The notes: generated by a model not told the origin, from the sequence alone. A stretch of DNA of 64,000 bases from Candidatus Peregrinibacteria bacterium (GCA_963708185.1 OY970195.1:1344001-1408000); one strand, 5' to 3'; positions 12,345 to 22,787 are shown, counted from the stretch's first letter. Made by a program: numbers and translations.

Positions 12345-13106
12345 TTAAGAATTAGTAGTTTTTTTTGTTGGTTCGACGTGATTGATGGTGCTTGATTTGA
12401 TGAAAGAGAGCGTCAGCATGGCAAAGATGAAGGCCTGGATGACCCCGACGAACACTTCCAGGAACATGAAGGGGAGCGGGATGATATAGGGTACGAGGAA
12501 TGCGATGACGAGGAGCAGTACCTCCCCCGCAAAGATATTTCCAAACAACCTGAATGAAAAGGAAAGTACTTTGACCCCTTCGGAAATCATTTCAAAGAAA
12601 CCGAGAATAAATTTAATCGGATTGGCAAAATTCAGAAAGCGGCTGATGTATTTTTTCAGGCCGAGGCTTTGTAACGAAAAAAACTGGATGGCTATGACTG
12701 AAAAAATCGCAAGCGCAAGCGTCGTCGTCAGATCGCTGTTCGGCGATCTGAGGAGAGGTACCGCGTGTCCGCCGTTCATGACGAAAAGCGATCCCAAAAA
12801 CCCCGGAATCAGTGAGATGAGGTTTGCGGTGACGATAAAAATGAAAAACGTTGATATGAGCGGGAGAATTTTTTTGGTGAGTTCACGGTCTCTGGTGACG
12901 ACGTCCGTGAGCTGCATCAGTTCGTAGATAAGGACGCGGATGCTGTTGATGATGATGTTGTGCTTCCATTTGTTTTTCTTGAAGTAGAACGTCAGCGAAA
13001 GGATGATGAGGATGACGCTCACCACGACGGAGGTCAGGAACGTGTTTGTGATCTGGAAGTTCCCGATGGCAAGGACGTATTCCGGTTGTAGCGTGATGTT
13101 AATCAT
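12345..13106 (-). CDS. atpB: ATP synthase subunit a
   Basis: SFRLFGNIFAGE, FVGVIQAFIF. Confidence 0.95.
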   Translation of the reverse strand: MINITLQPEYVLAIGNFQITNTFLTSVVVSVILIILSLTFYFKKNKWKHNIIINSIRVLIYELMQLTDVVTRDRELTKKILPLISTFFIFIVTANLISLIPGFLGSLFVMNGGHAVPLLRSPNSDLTTTLALAIFSVIAIQFFSLQSLGLKKYISRFLNFANPIKFILGFFEMISEGVKVLSFSFRLFGNIFAGEVLLLVIAFLVPYIIPLPFMFLEVFVGVIQAFIFAMLTLSFIKSSTINHVEPTKKTTNS

Positions 13107-13335
13107 GTTTCTCGTTTTTGGATATCAACGGAACCAGATAGCTGTACACTTCGTAAATGTTAATGGCGATTCCTCCGATGACGCCGCTTATGACAAGCAT
13201 CGGAGAGGTATGGAAGATCTGATCAAGCCAGAAGCCCAAGAGGATCAGGATGGTCAGCGGCGCCGCGATCAAAAATCCGAGTTGCCAGGCGAAAGACAGT
13301 GCGTAAAGTATCTTAAATTGACCTTTTTTTGACAT
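13099..13335 (-). CDS. AtpZ/AtpI-family small membrane protein
   Basis: Two TMs with GFWLD...TSP motif, first gene of the atp operon. Confidence 0.8.
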   Translation of the reverse strand: MSKKGQFKILYALSFAWQLGFLIAAPLTILILLGFWLDQIFHTSPMLVISGVIGGIAINIYEVYSYLVPLISKNEKHD

Positions 13336-13503
13336 ATTTCAGCACAGGGAATCTCCGGTCTTTTTTGAATTATACCACTAATACCCGAGAAGGAAATTCT
13401 TTTCTTGCGGTTTATTTTTCGCTGGTCCCGGAAACACCGCGAAATTGATTTCACTCGAGAACGGGAGTAGTTTTTCATTGTACAATTTTTTCATAATAAA
13501 TTT

Positions 13504-14304
13504 ATGGAAACACTTCAGGAACTTTTTGAGCTCTCGGGCTTGACCGCCGTCGTTACCGGAGGGTCTCGCGGGATCGGATTCGGCATAGCCTATCGTCTGG
13601 CGGAAGCCGGCGCGAACGTCGTCGTCGCCAGTCTTCACGAGGATGAAATGGAACATGCAGTCAAAGAAATCAACGCAAAAGGGTGGAAGGCAGGGTTCGT
13701 GAAAGTCGATGTTTCAAAAGAAGAGGACGTTGAAAAGATGGTCGAATTTGCGGTGAAGAGTTTTGGTTCCATCGATATTCTCGTCAATAATGCGGGAATT
13801 TTCCCGTCCGTCTCCATCGCGAAAATGACAAAGCAGGATTTTGAAAAGGTCATTTCCGTGAACCTCGAAGGTGTGTTCCTGTGCACCAAATACGTGAGCG
13901 AACAGATGATCAAGCAGGGGAAGGGAGGCAAGATCATCAATATTTCGTCGATTGACGCGCTTCATCCGTCATCGATCGGTCTGGCACATTACGACGCGTC
14001 CAAGCACGGAGTCTGGGGTTTTACCAAAAACAGTGCTCTAGAGCTTGCCCAGCATAAGATCTGGGTCAACGCCATCGCGCCGGGCGCCATTGCCACTCCG
14101 GGCGTGCAGGAAATGCAAAAAGACACCAAAGGCAAGCCGGTGGACATGGGCAAGGTCCTTGAATCGTTCATGCAGAAAATTCCCATGCGGCGAATGGGGG
14201 AGCCTGACGATATCGGGCGTGCGGCTCTGTTCCTGGCTTCGGGACTTTCGTCCTACATGACGGGAGCCCAGATCGTCGTCGACGGAGGGTATCTGCTCTC
14301 CTAA
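13504..14304 (+). CDS. SDR family NAD(P)-dependent oxidoreductase
   Basis: TGGSRGIG, NNAG, YDASK, VNAIAPG, VDGG. Confidence 0.95.
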   Translation: METLQELFELSGLTAVVTGGSRGIGFGIAYRLAEAGANVVVASLHEDEMEHAVKEINAKGWKAGFVKVDVSKEEDVEKMVEFAVKSFGSIDILVNNAGIFPSVSIAKMTKQDFEKVISVNLEGVFLCTKYVSEQMIKQGKGGKIINISSIDALHPSSIGLAHYDASKHGVWGFTKNSALELAQHKIWVNAIAPGAIATPGVQEMQKDTKGKPVDMGKVLESFMQKIPMRRMGEPDDIGRAALFLASGLSSYMTGAQIVVDGGYLLS

Positions 14305-14999
14305 AGCAGTTTGTTGTTTTCAGCTTTTTCTTCCTTCTCCTCTTTTTTGATCTGTTTGTTGGCGACGTTCCTTTTGACGTGGAAATTCATCAGTGAAAAT
14401 ACGAGGATGGCGGCAAACATGATGCCGACGATGTTGCCCGCGAAAAGGAGAAATGCGTTGCTGATCATATGCCAGTCGAGTCTGGCGGTGCCGATTCCCA
14501 CGACGGCGAGCGGCGGAATGATCGCCGCAGAGATGGCGATGCCGGGGAAAGTTTCGTTCAATTCGGGTTTGACCATGGCGAACGAAGCCGCGGCGCCTGC
14601 GATGAAGGCTATGGCGAGGTCCATGATGCTGATGCTTTCACGTGCGGCAATTTCAGTCAGGCTCGTGAAGTCCATTTCCAGTGCGAAGAGTCCCACGATC
14701 GACGAGGCGATGAGGCCGACGAGTATGGCCAGGCCGAGCGTTTTGAGAGAGCGGAAGATGACGTGCGAATCCGACATGACGATGCCCATGGCAAGTCCCA
14801 GGATGGGGTAAAGCACCGGCGCGATGAGCATGCTGCCGATGATGATGGCGATGTTGTTCTTGAGTAAACCGAAGGTCGCCATGAGAATGGCCAGAATGAC
14901 GAAAAGGAAAAAGTCTTTTTTTGGAGAGCTTTTGCTTATGACCTGTTCCACCGCGTCGGTTTTGTCGTTTTCCTTGAAGTTTTCGAAAAGTCCCAGCAT
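14301..14999 (-). CDS. DUF389/TIGR00341-type membrane protein
   Basis: IIGSMLIAP, PGIAISAAIIPPL. Confidence 0.85.
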   Translation of the reverse strand: MLGLFENFKENDKTDAVEQVISKSSPKKDFFLFVILAILMATFGLLKNNIAIIIGSMLIAPVLYPILGLAMGIVMSDSHVIFRSLKTLGLAILVGLIASSIVGLFALEMDFTSLTEIAARESISIMDLAIAFIAGAAASFAMVKPELNETFPGIAISAAIIPPLAVVGIGTARLDWHMISNAFLLFAGNIVGIMFAAILVFSLMNFHVKRNVANKQIKKEEKEEKAENNKLL

Positions 15000-15058
15000 T
15001 GCGTAAAAAAGAAAAGAAAGTATATCTTCACTTTTTATATCATAAATTTTTCTTCAAG

Positions 15059-17260
15059 TCATTGCCCTTTGCTCAAGGCCTTAAGAAGTTCACGGACATC
15101 CTGGTGATTGTTGACGAAAAATTTGGCGGAGGACTGCCCTCCGCCGACTTTTATGGTGTCGGCGCTGGCAGGTAAGGATTTGAACATGTCTTCGTCCGTC
15201 GTGTCGTCGCCGATGCAGAGAATGAAGTCGCAGTGATGATCTTTCAGGTAATGGAGCATGGCATTGCCTTTGTCCGCTCCCGCGTTCCTGATTTCAATGA
15301 CCCTGTTGCCCTGGATAATGTGCAAATCCAGATTCACGGTGAGATGCAGTAGAACGTTGGCAAGGTCCTGGGCTCGCTGGAGCGCCAGCTCGGGGTCCGC
15401 CGCGCGGTAGTGCCAGGCCACCGAAAACTCTTTTTCTTCGATGATCGATCCCGGAAGTCTGTCCCGGTAACGCCGGAGGATGGGAATGACGATTTTTTTC
15501 CAGGTATTGTCGAACGGCTTGATCATCTTCCATCGGTCTTTTTTTTCTCGTTTCCAGATGCCGTGTTCGGCGATAAGGTCGATGTTGGCGGCTTTAAACC
15601 ATTTTGAGAGGGTCGTTCTGTCCCGGCCGCTGATGAGGACGACGTTCGTGTCCGGCATTTTGGCGATTTTTGTCAGGATTTTTTTAAGGCCGTCGTCAGG
15701 TTTCGCCAGTTGAGGATGTCTGCTGAAAGGGACAAGAGTGCCGTCATAATCGAGAACGATCAGTCTTTTGCTGCTTTCATAAAATTTTTTCATGATGCTT
15801 TTCCGTGCCGCAGCCGTGATGAATTTACGTTCGCGTTCCTTGTTCTGCTTGAGTTTGAAATCCTGCAGTTCATAGATGAAGTCATCCGCCCAGCGCTGGA
15901 CGGAATATGCTTTGAGCCTTTCCTGCATGGCGGTATTGCGTTCGCGTTGTTCCTTGGGTTTTTCGGTCAGGGATCTCTTGATGGTGTTCGCGACCTGTTC
16001 GACGTCAAGGGGATTGATGATGAAGGCTTCTCCCAATTCCTGCGCCGCGCCGGCCATTTCGCTGAGAATAAGGGTGCCGTTTTTTTCGGTCTGTGACGCC
16101 AGATACTCTTTTGCGATGAGATTCATGCCGTCGCGGAGCGGCGTTACCAGGGCGACGTCGCTCATGTTGTACATCGCAGAAAGTTCGTGGAAGGGCAGCG
16201 TCCGGTATTGGTAGATAATCGGCGTCCAAGTCAGGGTGCTGTAGGTGCCGTTGATCTTTCCGATCATGCCATCAATGATTTTTTTCATTTTCTGGTAACG
16301 GTCCACTCCGGTTCTCGAGGGAATGATGGTCAGCATGAGCACGGCCTTGCCGCGCCACTGAGGGTTTTTTTTAAGGAACAGTTCGTAGGCCTCCAGCCGT
16401 TTCGGAATGCCTTTCGTGTAATCCAGGCGGTCGATCGACAGAATGATCTTGAGCTCTTTTGTGACTTTTTTGAGCTCTTTCTTTTTTTTAAGTGTCCCCG
16501 CGGAGATCGCTCCCTGGTGAAATTTTTTGTAATCGATTCCCATGGGAATAACGTCGACTTTGACGTTGTGATCGACCGCGCTGATGACGCCCATGTGGTG
16601 TTCGAAGCCCAAAAGCCTCTGGACGCAGCCGATGAAGTAACGCGAATAGTCGTAGGTATGGAACCCCACCAGGTCTGCCCCCAGCATTCCTTCCAGGATT
16701 TCACGGCGCCATTTGACCGGCAGCAGACGGAATATCTCGAAAACGGGAAAAGGGATGTGAAGGAAAAATCCGATCGTCAGCCCCGGCATTTTTTTGCGAA
16801 GCATTCCCGGCAGGAGCATCAAGTGGTAGTCGTGGATCCAGACAGTGTCGTCCGGTTTAAGCTTCTTGATAAGCGTTTCGCAGTACTTTTCGTTGATTTT
16901 TTTGTAGGCTTCCCACTGCCGGGTATTGTAGGAGACGTACGAGGAAAAATAATGGAAGAGCGGCCAGATGGTGTCGTTGCAGAAACCGTTGTAGAAATCT
17001 TCCACCTCTTTTTTTTCAAGGGGGACTCCCACGAGTTTTTGCTGGGAAATCTGGCGGACGATTTCCGGAGTGATTTTTTTTGTGTCGGTGCCGTTCCATC
17101 CAAACCAGCGGTAATCACGGAACGGCGCGTTTTTCGGAGGATTATGAAGATACGAGTTCAGCCCGGTGACGAGCCCTCCGTTACTTTTTCCCAGTCGGGG
17201 CTTTCCGTCCCGCTGGACAATCGAAACAGGTATCCTGTTTGATACAATGATGAGTCTCAT
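15059..17260 (-). CDS. Bifunctional trehalose-6-phosphate synthase/phosphatase (OtsA-OtsB fusion)
   Basis: VSNRIP, GGL, WIHDYHL, HIPFP, DRLDYTKG, DGMNL; HAD motifs LDYDGTL and GDDTTDEDMF. Confidence 0.95.
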   Translation of the reverse strand: MRLIIVSNRIPVSIVQRDGKPRLGKSNGGLVTGLNSYLHNPPKNAPFRDYRWFGWNGTDTKKITPEIVRQISQQKLVGVPLEKKEVEDFYNGFCNDTIWPLFHYFSSYVSYNTRQWEAYKKINEKYCETLIKKLKPDDTVWIHDYHLMLLPGMLRKKMPGLTIGFFLHIPFPVFEIFRLLPVKWRREILEGMLGADLVGFHTYDYSRYFIGCVQRLLGFEHHMGVISAVDHNVKVDVIPMGIDYKKFHQGAISAGTLKKKKELKKVTKELKIILSIDRLDYTKGIPKRLEAYELFLKKNPQWRGKAVLMLTIIPSRTGVDRYQKMKKIIDGMIGKINGTYSTLTWTPIIYQYRTLPFHELSAMYNMSDVALVTPLRDGMNLIAKEYLASQTEKNGTLILSEMAGAAQELGEAFIINPLDVEQVANTIKRSLTEKPKEQRERNTAMQERLKAYSVQRWADDFIYELQDFKLKQNKERERKFITAAARKSIMKKFYESSKRLIVLDYDGTLVPFSRHPQLAKPDDGLKKILTKIAKMPDTNVVLISGRDRTTLSKWFKAANIDLIAEHGIWKREKKDRWKMIKPFDNTWKKIVIPILRRYRDRLPGSIIEEKEFSVAWHYRAADPELALQRAQDLANVLLHLTVNLDLHIIQGNRVIEIRNAGADKGNAMLHYLKDHHCDFILCIGDDTTDEDMFKSLPASADTIKVGGGQSSAKFFVNNHQDVRELLKALSKGQ

Positions 17261-18033
17261 GGAATCCCTTAACAGTTTGGGCACTCAAAAAGCCGTCTTT
17301 GTTTTTTCTTCTCTTGTTTAAGTTATAGTGCAATTTTTCAGGTATGGCAAGTGAGCTGCGGGCCGGGTTTTTGTGGAAACTGATTTATCATCAATTTTTT
17401 CTTCCAGCGGATTGACGCCGGAGGATAAATGGGTGTATCATTTAATGATACGTTCATTGAAAACAAGGCAAAAAAAAGTTTTGGGAAGAGTCGAGAGGTT
17501 AACATTAACCGTTGACCATTCAACCCTTCCTAAAATTTTCCTCCTCAGTAATATGGGTAGGTTTCATAAGAGAACCTGGTGTTAAAATTAAGCTTCGTGC
17601 TTACTCGCTTTTGTGGTTTCGAAAGGGATCATAAAGGACGTTCATCAGGGATTGTTCCTTTTTATGGTTGTTTTCGGGAGGGCCTGAAGGATGGCCGTAA
17701 AAAGAGTTGAATTTGAACTGGTTGGTATTGTGAGGGTGTCAACGATCCTTATTGTCGCAAGGTTTTAAGGAAGAAGACATTCTGTGATTGCAGCAAGAAC
17801 ACCGGTAACGGTTTTCAAGCAAAGATCATGGAGGTATGGATATCTGGGAAGAAAGTCTTTCCATGGGTTCGTATCTTGGCAGTATTGATTATTCGCGGAT
17901 CGCTGTAGCGCAAGTTACGGTCGTCACGGGGAGAAGTTCGATTGCGAAGCTAGGTGCAATGTAATCTTTGTACTGAACTTTGAGGCCAGTCTTTAAACAT
18001 CTTATGGGACAGGGGAAGATTTGGGCAGGGGAC

Positions 18034-18066
18034 AAAAGGGGCCATCCGCAAAGATGGCCCTTTTTT
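18034..18066 (+). terminator. Intrinsic terminator
   Basis: GGGCCATC-CGCAAA-GATGGCCC-TTTTTT with an upstream A-tract. Confidence 0.7.
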
Positions 18067-18123
18067 AAAAAAAATGATATAATTTTACAATAAAAGTGAG
18101 TCATAAAATCTTTGAGGAAATTC

Positions 18124-19401
18124 ATGCATACGAAACTTCATCCCAACAAAAAGAATATTGTGGTCCTTGGCGCCGGCTACTGCGGAGTCCAAATCGTGAA
18201 AGAGTTGGCGAAATCATTTCAAAATCGTCGTGATTATCAGATCGTACTCGTGAATTCAGGATTGATGCACGTTTGCAGCCCTGATCTTTACGAAGTGGCG
18301 ACTGCTTATTATCCGAAGATCACAAACTCCTGCATGAAAGAGTTGGCGGATACGTCATACATCCCTTTGCATGTCATTATGAAGAATCTGGACGTTGTTT
18401 TTTTGGAAGACAACGTCGAATCGATTGATTATGAGTCGAAGAAAGTTTCTTTGAAGAAAAACGGATCGCTGGATTTTGAATATTTGGCCGTCACGCTCGG
18501 CAGCGTCACGAATTTCTATCACCTTCCGGGGGTTGAAGAGAACTCTTTTCCGCTCAAAACGATTCAAGACGCACTTGATCTGAACTGTTATCTCGAACAG
18601 TTTTTTAAAGATCGCTGGGAGAAAAAACACCACAACAAAGTGCATCTGGTCGTTGGAGGAGGCGGTTTTACCGGTGTCGAATTCGCCTGTGAACTGAGAG
18701 AATTCATCAGGAAACTCGAAGGGAAATACGGTTTTCAAGAAAACGAGGTTGATATTTCGGTTGTCCAGGGAAGGGACGAGCTCATCGGACTCGGGAAAAA
18801 GATTTCCAATATTGCCCTCAAACGTTTCAAGAAACTCGGGATCCGGGCGATTTTCAATTCCAGAATTGCTTCGTATAAAGACAAAAAACTCGAACTTTCG
18901 GTAAAAGGGAAGAATCATACCGAGTTTATTCCCGCGGATGTTCTGGTCTGGACGGCGGGGGTTCATCCGAATCCCGTTTTGCGTTCATTCAAGATCTTGA
19001 ATCCGAGCGGGGCGCTTGAAGTCCTGCCGACGCTGGAGGCCGCCCACTACCCCCAGGTTTTTGCGGGAGGGGATAACGCGGATATCTTTGATCCAGAACA
19101 TCACAGTTTTTTGCCGAAGCTCGCACAGTTGGCGATGCAGGAAGGGATTACGATTGCCCATAACATTCGCGCGGCCATTGAAACCGGACCTCAAAAGGTT
19201 TATAAGCCCCATTTTAAAGGATTTATTATCGCCATGGGGGGCAAGTATTTTGTTTATAAAGGTTTTGTTACTTTTGGGGGCATCCTCCCATGGATGATGA
19301 GACGCGTATTGGATCTGTTATATTTTGTCGGACTCATGCCCCTGAAGATGGCGTGCAAAAAATGGATCAAGACAGAAGAGATTTTCATGCAAAATGACTA
19401 A
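18124..19401 (+). CDS. Type II NADH dehydrogenase-family FAD oxidoreductase
   Basis: VVLGAGYCG, GGGFTGVEFACE, WTAGV, VFAGGD, AQLAMQEG. Confidence 0.85.
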   Translation: MHTKLHPNKKNIVVLGAGYCGVQIVKELAKSFQNRRDYQIVLVNSGLMHVCSPDLYEVATAYYPKITNSCMKELADTSYIPLHVIMKNLDVVFLEDNVESIDYESKKVSLKKNGSLDFEYLAVTLGSVTNFYHLPGVEENSFPLKTIQDALDLNCYLEQFFKDRWEKKHHNKVHLVVGGGGFTGVEFACELREFIRKLEGKYGFQENEVDISVVQGRDELIGLGKKISNIALKRFKKLGIRAIFNSRIASYKDKKLELSVKGKNHTEFIPADVLVWTAGVHPNPVLRSFKILNPSGALEVLPTLEAAHYPQVFAGGDNADIFDPEHHSFLPKLAQLAMQEGITIAHNIRAAIETGPQKVYKPHFKGFIIAMGGKYFVYKGFVTFGGILPWMMRRVLDLLYFVGLMPLKMACKKWIKTEEIFMQND

Positions 19402-19404
19402 GTG

Positions 19405-19896
19405 TTATTTTACATCAATCGTTCTGGACGTCTCCATGTAGGTACCGTTGACTGAATAGACGCTGTGGTCGTTGTTGAACAGCCCTACTTTGATGGTATG
19501 GACCCCGGGGGAAAGCGCATGAATGTGATACCAGGGGCCGAGCATGATGATAAGATGGTTGTCGATATAGAGGTGAACGTGCCCCTCTCCGGGAATGGGG
19601 GCTCCGTTTATGTGTTCGGGAGTGAACGTGAAATTGGTCGTTGTGACGCGGACTTCCCAGGAGTTCATCGAATCTTCGTTGATATCGAACGAGATCGAGG
19701 GGGTTGGTTCGTCCGGCTGGACGTCAAAGGTTTTCAGTGTCATCCCCAGTGGTAACTGAGACGCGGGCGTTACAGGTACCCCGACCTCATACGGCAGCAC
19801 TAAAGAGTTTACATTGTATATTTCAACGAGCAGGATGCTTGCCAAGACGATGAAAGCCAGGACGACGAGGAGGAAAACCGTTTTATGTATTTTCAT
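19405..19896 (-). CDS. Membrane-anchored hypothetical protein with His motifs
   Basis: N-terminal TM, GEGHVHLYID, NNDH; possible metal binding. Confidence 0.65.
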   Translation of the reverse strand: MKIHKTVFLLVVLAFIVLASILLVEIYNVNSLVLPYEVGVPVTPASQLPLGMTLKTFDVQPDEPTPSISFDINEDSMNSWEVRVTTTNFTFTPEHINGAPIPGEGHVHLYIDNHLIIMLGPWYHIHALSPGVHTIKVGLFNNDHSVYSVNGTYMETSRTIDVK

Positions 19897-19943
19897 GTTG
19901 AATGCATTACCGTTTATGCTGAGAGTATGTTACTCTATTGAGC

Positions 19944-20417
19944 ATGAAAAATAAATTTTTTCTCATTCCGATCGTACTTATTGTTTTGGGAGGCCTATCG
20001 TATTGGGTTTATCAATTTTCGCTCACTCAGTCGCAATACTTGGGGCTTCCGGTGGTTTCATGTATCGATCCGACGTTATCCGTTGTCCAGGATTTTACGT
20101 TTACGCTCAATGTGACGGTGGAAGGGAAGCCTTTTGCTTTGGATTCTATGGTTGGTCATGATCCCGGGAAATGTCTGAGGGTCATTCATGCCGATGACTC
20201 AAGCGGACAGGTCCGCGTGCAGTCGAATGATTCGATGACGTATACTCTTGGTCAGTTTTTCAACGTTTGGCACAAAGAATTCAGCGGCGACAATTTCATG
20301 GGTTCTCCTTTGAACGATCAACATAAACTGACCGTCACGGTGGATGGGGTTCAGGTTTCAACATTGGCCGATACTCCGTTGCGGGCAAACGAAACGATTT
20401 CGGTTGATTATCGATAA
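19944..20417 (+). CDS. Exported hypothetical protein (two Cys)
   Basis: N-terminal TM; CLRVIHADDSSG...YTLGQFFNVW. Confidence 0.65.
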   Translation: MKNKFFLIPIVLIVLGGLSYWVYQFSLTQSQYLGLPVVSCIDPTLSVVQDFTFTLNVTVEGKPFALDSMVGHDPGKCLRVIHADDSSGQVRVQSNDSMTYTLGQFFNVWHKEFSGDNFMGSPLNDQHKLTVTVDGVQVSTLADTPLRANETISVDYR

Positions 20418-20424
20418 CCGTTTT

Positions 20425-21462
20425 TTATTTTTTTGCGTGAAAAATACGTTTGAGCAAAGGTCGGATTTTTGCGTCGATGGTGAAACGATCGCGTGAGTTG
20501 ATCATTAAAGATATTGAAATGCCGTACAGGATGAGGTGAGGCCAGAGCATTTCCTGGAAATAGATGAGAGAAAGCGTGATGAAGACCAGGGAAATGAAGA
20601 CCGTCCAGCGGACGAAAAATCCTACGAGAATAAACACACCGATCATGATTTCGGCAAGCCCCGCTCCTGCGGCAATAAAACCCGCCGATGCGTGGAAGAA
20701 GTCAACGAGGTGATATTGATTATAGACATCGATGGTGAGCTGTTGATGGGCGAATTTTATCGAATAGCCGGCGTACGTCAGTGCGATTCCGTAGAGTATC
20801 CGCACGATCGGAACTTCCAGGTCCTTGTATTTTTTGAGTTTTTTGATCCATAGCCGTTTTTTAAAAATGAAGCCGTCGACCGACCAGGTGCGGGAACCGA
20901 ACAGGAGCAGGACAATGAGTTCGCCCAGGTAGTTGCTGTAGGTAAACATATATAACCCGAAATGAGCAGTGACGACGGCGAACATGGCAATGCCGATCAA
21001 GGCGGCAAGTTCGGTGAGCGTGCCCGTCAGGATCATGAGTGAGGTTAAAAAGAGCAGGAACCGGAAGAGGGGGGCATAAGACAGGCCGTCCAGTTGGAGT
21101 TCCGGACCGAGGATGACATTGCTGAGCGCTGAGTAAAAGAACGCCGCGCTCACCGCCAGGCGGATCAATATGGGTCCCACCACAGCAGCTTTCCTTGCGA
21201 GTTTATCAAGGGCATCCGACGCTTTGCTCGTCGACCACCAGGCCACAAGAAAATACGCAAGCGCCACGAGGACTGAGATCAAAAGGAATGTTTGCCAGTG
21301 CGTCGGGTCGATCAGCGGGGCAAATGGGTTTTGTGCGAATACGGAAAGGCCGGCGTTGAATTCACTCGCCGGGAGTACGTACGCTTCGTGAGCGAATAAC
21401 GGCTGTCCAAAGAGGAGCAGAGATATTAAAACGGCACATGTTGTCAGAATGACTCGCTTCAT
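20425..21462 (-). CDS. DoxX-family membrane protein (tandem DoxX-like halves)
   Basis: Signal peptide then AHEAY, RILYG...K, EIMIG; multiple TMs. Confidence 0.7.
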   Translation of the reverse strand: MKRVILTTCAVLISLLLFGQPLFAHEAYVLPASEFNAGLSVFAQNPFAPLIDPTHWQTFLLISVLVALAYFLVAWWSTSKASDALDKLARKAAVVGPILIRLAVSAAFFYSALSNVILGPELQLDGLSYAPLFRFLLFLTSLMILTGTLTELAALIGIAMFAVVTAHFGLYMFTYSNYLGELIVLLLFGSRTWSVDGFIFKKRLWIKKLKKYKDLEVPIVRILYGIALTYAGYSIKFAHQQLTIDVYNQYHLVDFFHASAGFIAAGAGLAEIMIGVFILVGFFVRWTVFISLVFITLSLIYFQEMLWPHLILYGISISLMINSRDRFTIDAKIRPLLKRIFHAKK

Positions 21463-21531
21463 GTATCAAACAATATCTCATCTTCAACCGGCGGGGCAAG
21501 CTGTAGGGTCCCAGTGGATGGTTTTTGAAGT

Positions 21532-21539
21532 TGGCAGGG
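21532..21539 (+). repeat. att core, left junction (TGGCAGGG)
   Basis: Identical to the reverse complement of the tRNA-Trp 3' end at 37450-37457; followed by tRNA-like GGA...TCGAACC. Confidence 0.75.
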
Positions 21540-21646
21540 GCGGCTGGAGGAAATTCGAACCTATTTTACCACGGGGCGGAGTTTGTGTCCCTGTGTTTAG
21601 ATGAGGGACAGAGAGTCCGCTGGGTATAGTTATAGCCATAAACAAC

Positions 21647-21724
21647 TGCATAGTCTCATGTATTTATGCATAATTTTGCATAGTTTCATAAAAACTTGCA
21701 TAGTTTTGCATAGTTTGATAGTAT
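21647..21724 (+). promoter_or_regulatory. Sigma70 promoter overlapped by five phased TGCATA repeats
   Basis: TGCATA at 21647, 21667, 21677, 21697, 21707; -35 TTGCAT 21696-21701, 17-bp spacer, TGn-TAGTAT -10 at 21719-21724. Confidence 0.7.
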
Positions 21725-21749
21725 AAGGCTACAATCATTTATTAGTATC

Positions 21750-22478
21750 ATGGATAAAATCTTATTAAATATTACAGAGGCGGCTCAATTCATAGGTGTA
21801 TCGGTTGATACGCTTAGAAGGTGGGATAAAGATGGAAAAGTAATAGCTATTCGTGCAGGCGGAAAAGGCACGCATAGATTTTATAGAAAATCCGATTTAG
21901 AGCTTTTCTTAAAAGACCCCTTTAGTCTAGCAAAGTCATGGGCATTTAGCCCAAATCCATTTGAGCCTGAGAAGGAATTTTATTGTCCAAATAGCTCAGT
22001 TTTTCAAGGAAGGCTTACAAAACTAGAAGCAATACTGCAAAAAACGAAAGAACTTGAAACAGATTTTTCCCTTATAACATCCATTACTGGTGAAATTGGC
22101 AATAACTCTTTTGACCACAACCTTGGGAACTGGCCTGACATAAACGGAATATTTTTTGCTTACGATATCAATAAACGAATGGTCGTTTTGGCTGATCGTG
22201 GAATTGGAATATTGCAAAGTCTGAAAAGGGTAAGGGAAAGTTTAACAGACGATAAAGCTGCGCTTGAAGTTGCGTTTACCGAAATAATTACAGGTAGAGC
22301 TCCAGAAGATCGTGGGAATGGACTTAAATATGTAAGAAAAGTTATTGAAAAAAGTTCAATGAGTCTATTTTTTGAAACTGGAGATGCTCAACTTGAACAA
22401 AAACCACATTCGTATGATATCCATTTACAAAAAAGTGGAGACAATTTCCATGGATGCTTAGCTCTTATAAGATTTTAA
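21750..22478 (+). CDS. MerR/excisionase-type HTH fused to a GHKL (anti-sigma-kinase-like) domain
   Basis: AAQFIGVSVDTLRRWD...HRFY; N-box EIGNNSFDH, G1 DRGIG, G2 RGNGL. Confidence 0.8.
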   Translation: MDKILLNITEAAQFIGVSVDTLRRWDKDGKVIAIRAGGKGTHRFYRKSDLELFLKDPFSLAKSWAFSPNPFEPEKEFYCPNSSVFQGRLTKLEAILQKTKELETDFSLITSITGEIGNNSFDHNLGNWPDINGIFFAYDINKRMVVLADRGIGILQSLKRVRESLTDDKAALEVAFTEIITGRAPEDRGNGLKYVRKVIEKSSMSLFFETGDAQLEQKPHSYDIHLQKSGDNFHGCLALIRF

Positions 22479-22490
22479 TCTTACTAAAAT

Positions 22491-22784
22491 ATGAAAATTG
22501 ATCTTAAAAAATTCGGTACGACACTTACTTCAAGGCAACTTGGCAAAGAAGCATTCGCAGCATTTCGACCTATACTCGAAAATATCAATGAAAGTGAAAT
22601 TATTGAAGTAGATTTTGAAGGTGTAAATACATTTTCACCTTCCTGGGGAGCTGAATTTTTGACACCTCTTGAGAACATGTTTCCAGGGAGAGTATTTCTT
22701 GATTATACTAAGAACCCATCAGTAAAAATCACACTTGAATTATTAGAGAATATTATTGGAAAAAAATTCCAAATCAGACAATAA
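22491..22784 (+). CDS. STAS-like (DUF4325-type) protein
   Basis: LTSRQLG, VDFEGVNTFSPSW; 97 aa directly after the GHKL gene. Confidence 0.8.
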   Translation: MKIDLKKFGTTLTSRQLGKEAFAAFRPILENINESEIIEVDFEGVNTFSPSWGAEFLTPLENMFPGRVFLDYTKNPSVKITLELLENIIGKKFQIRQ

Positions 22785-22787
22785 TCT

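Noticed and set aside
17820-17965. Fragment GMDIWEESLSMGSYLGSIDYS as a DUF362-like C-terminal remnant
   Set aside because: Too short, with an in-frame stop just upstream; cannot be supported by eye
21532-21561. Second tRNA gene at the left island edge
   Set aside because: Only 8 bp plus TCGAACC resemble the tRNA; no cloverleaf; better explained as the att junction
21647-21716. Short repeats as a CRISPR array
   Set aside because: Units are 6-11 bp with no unique spacers, and no cas genes occur in the window
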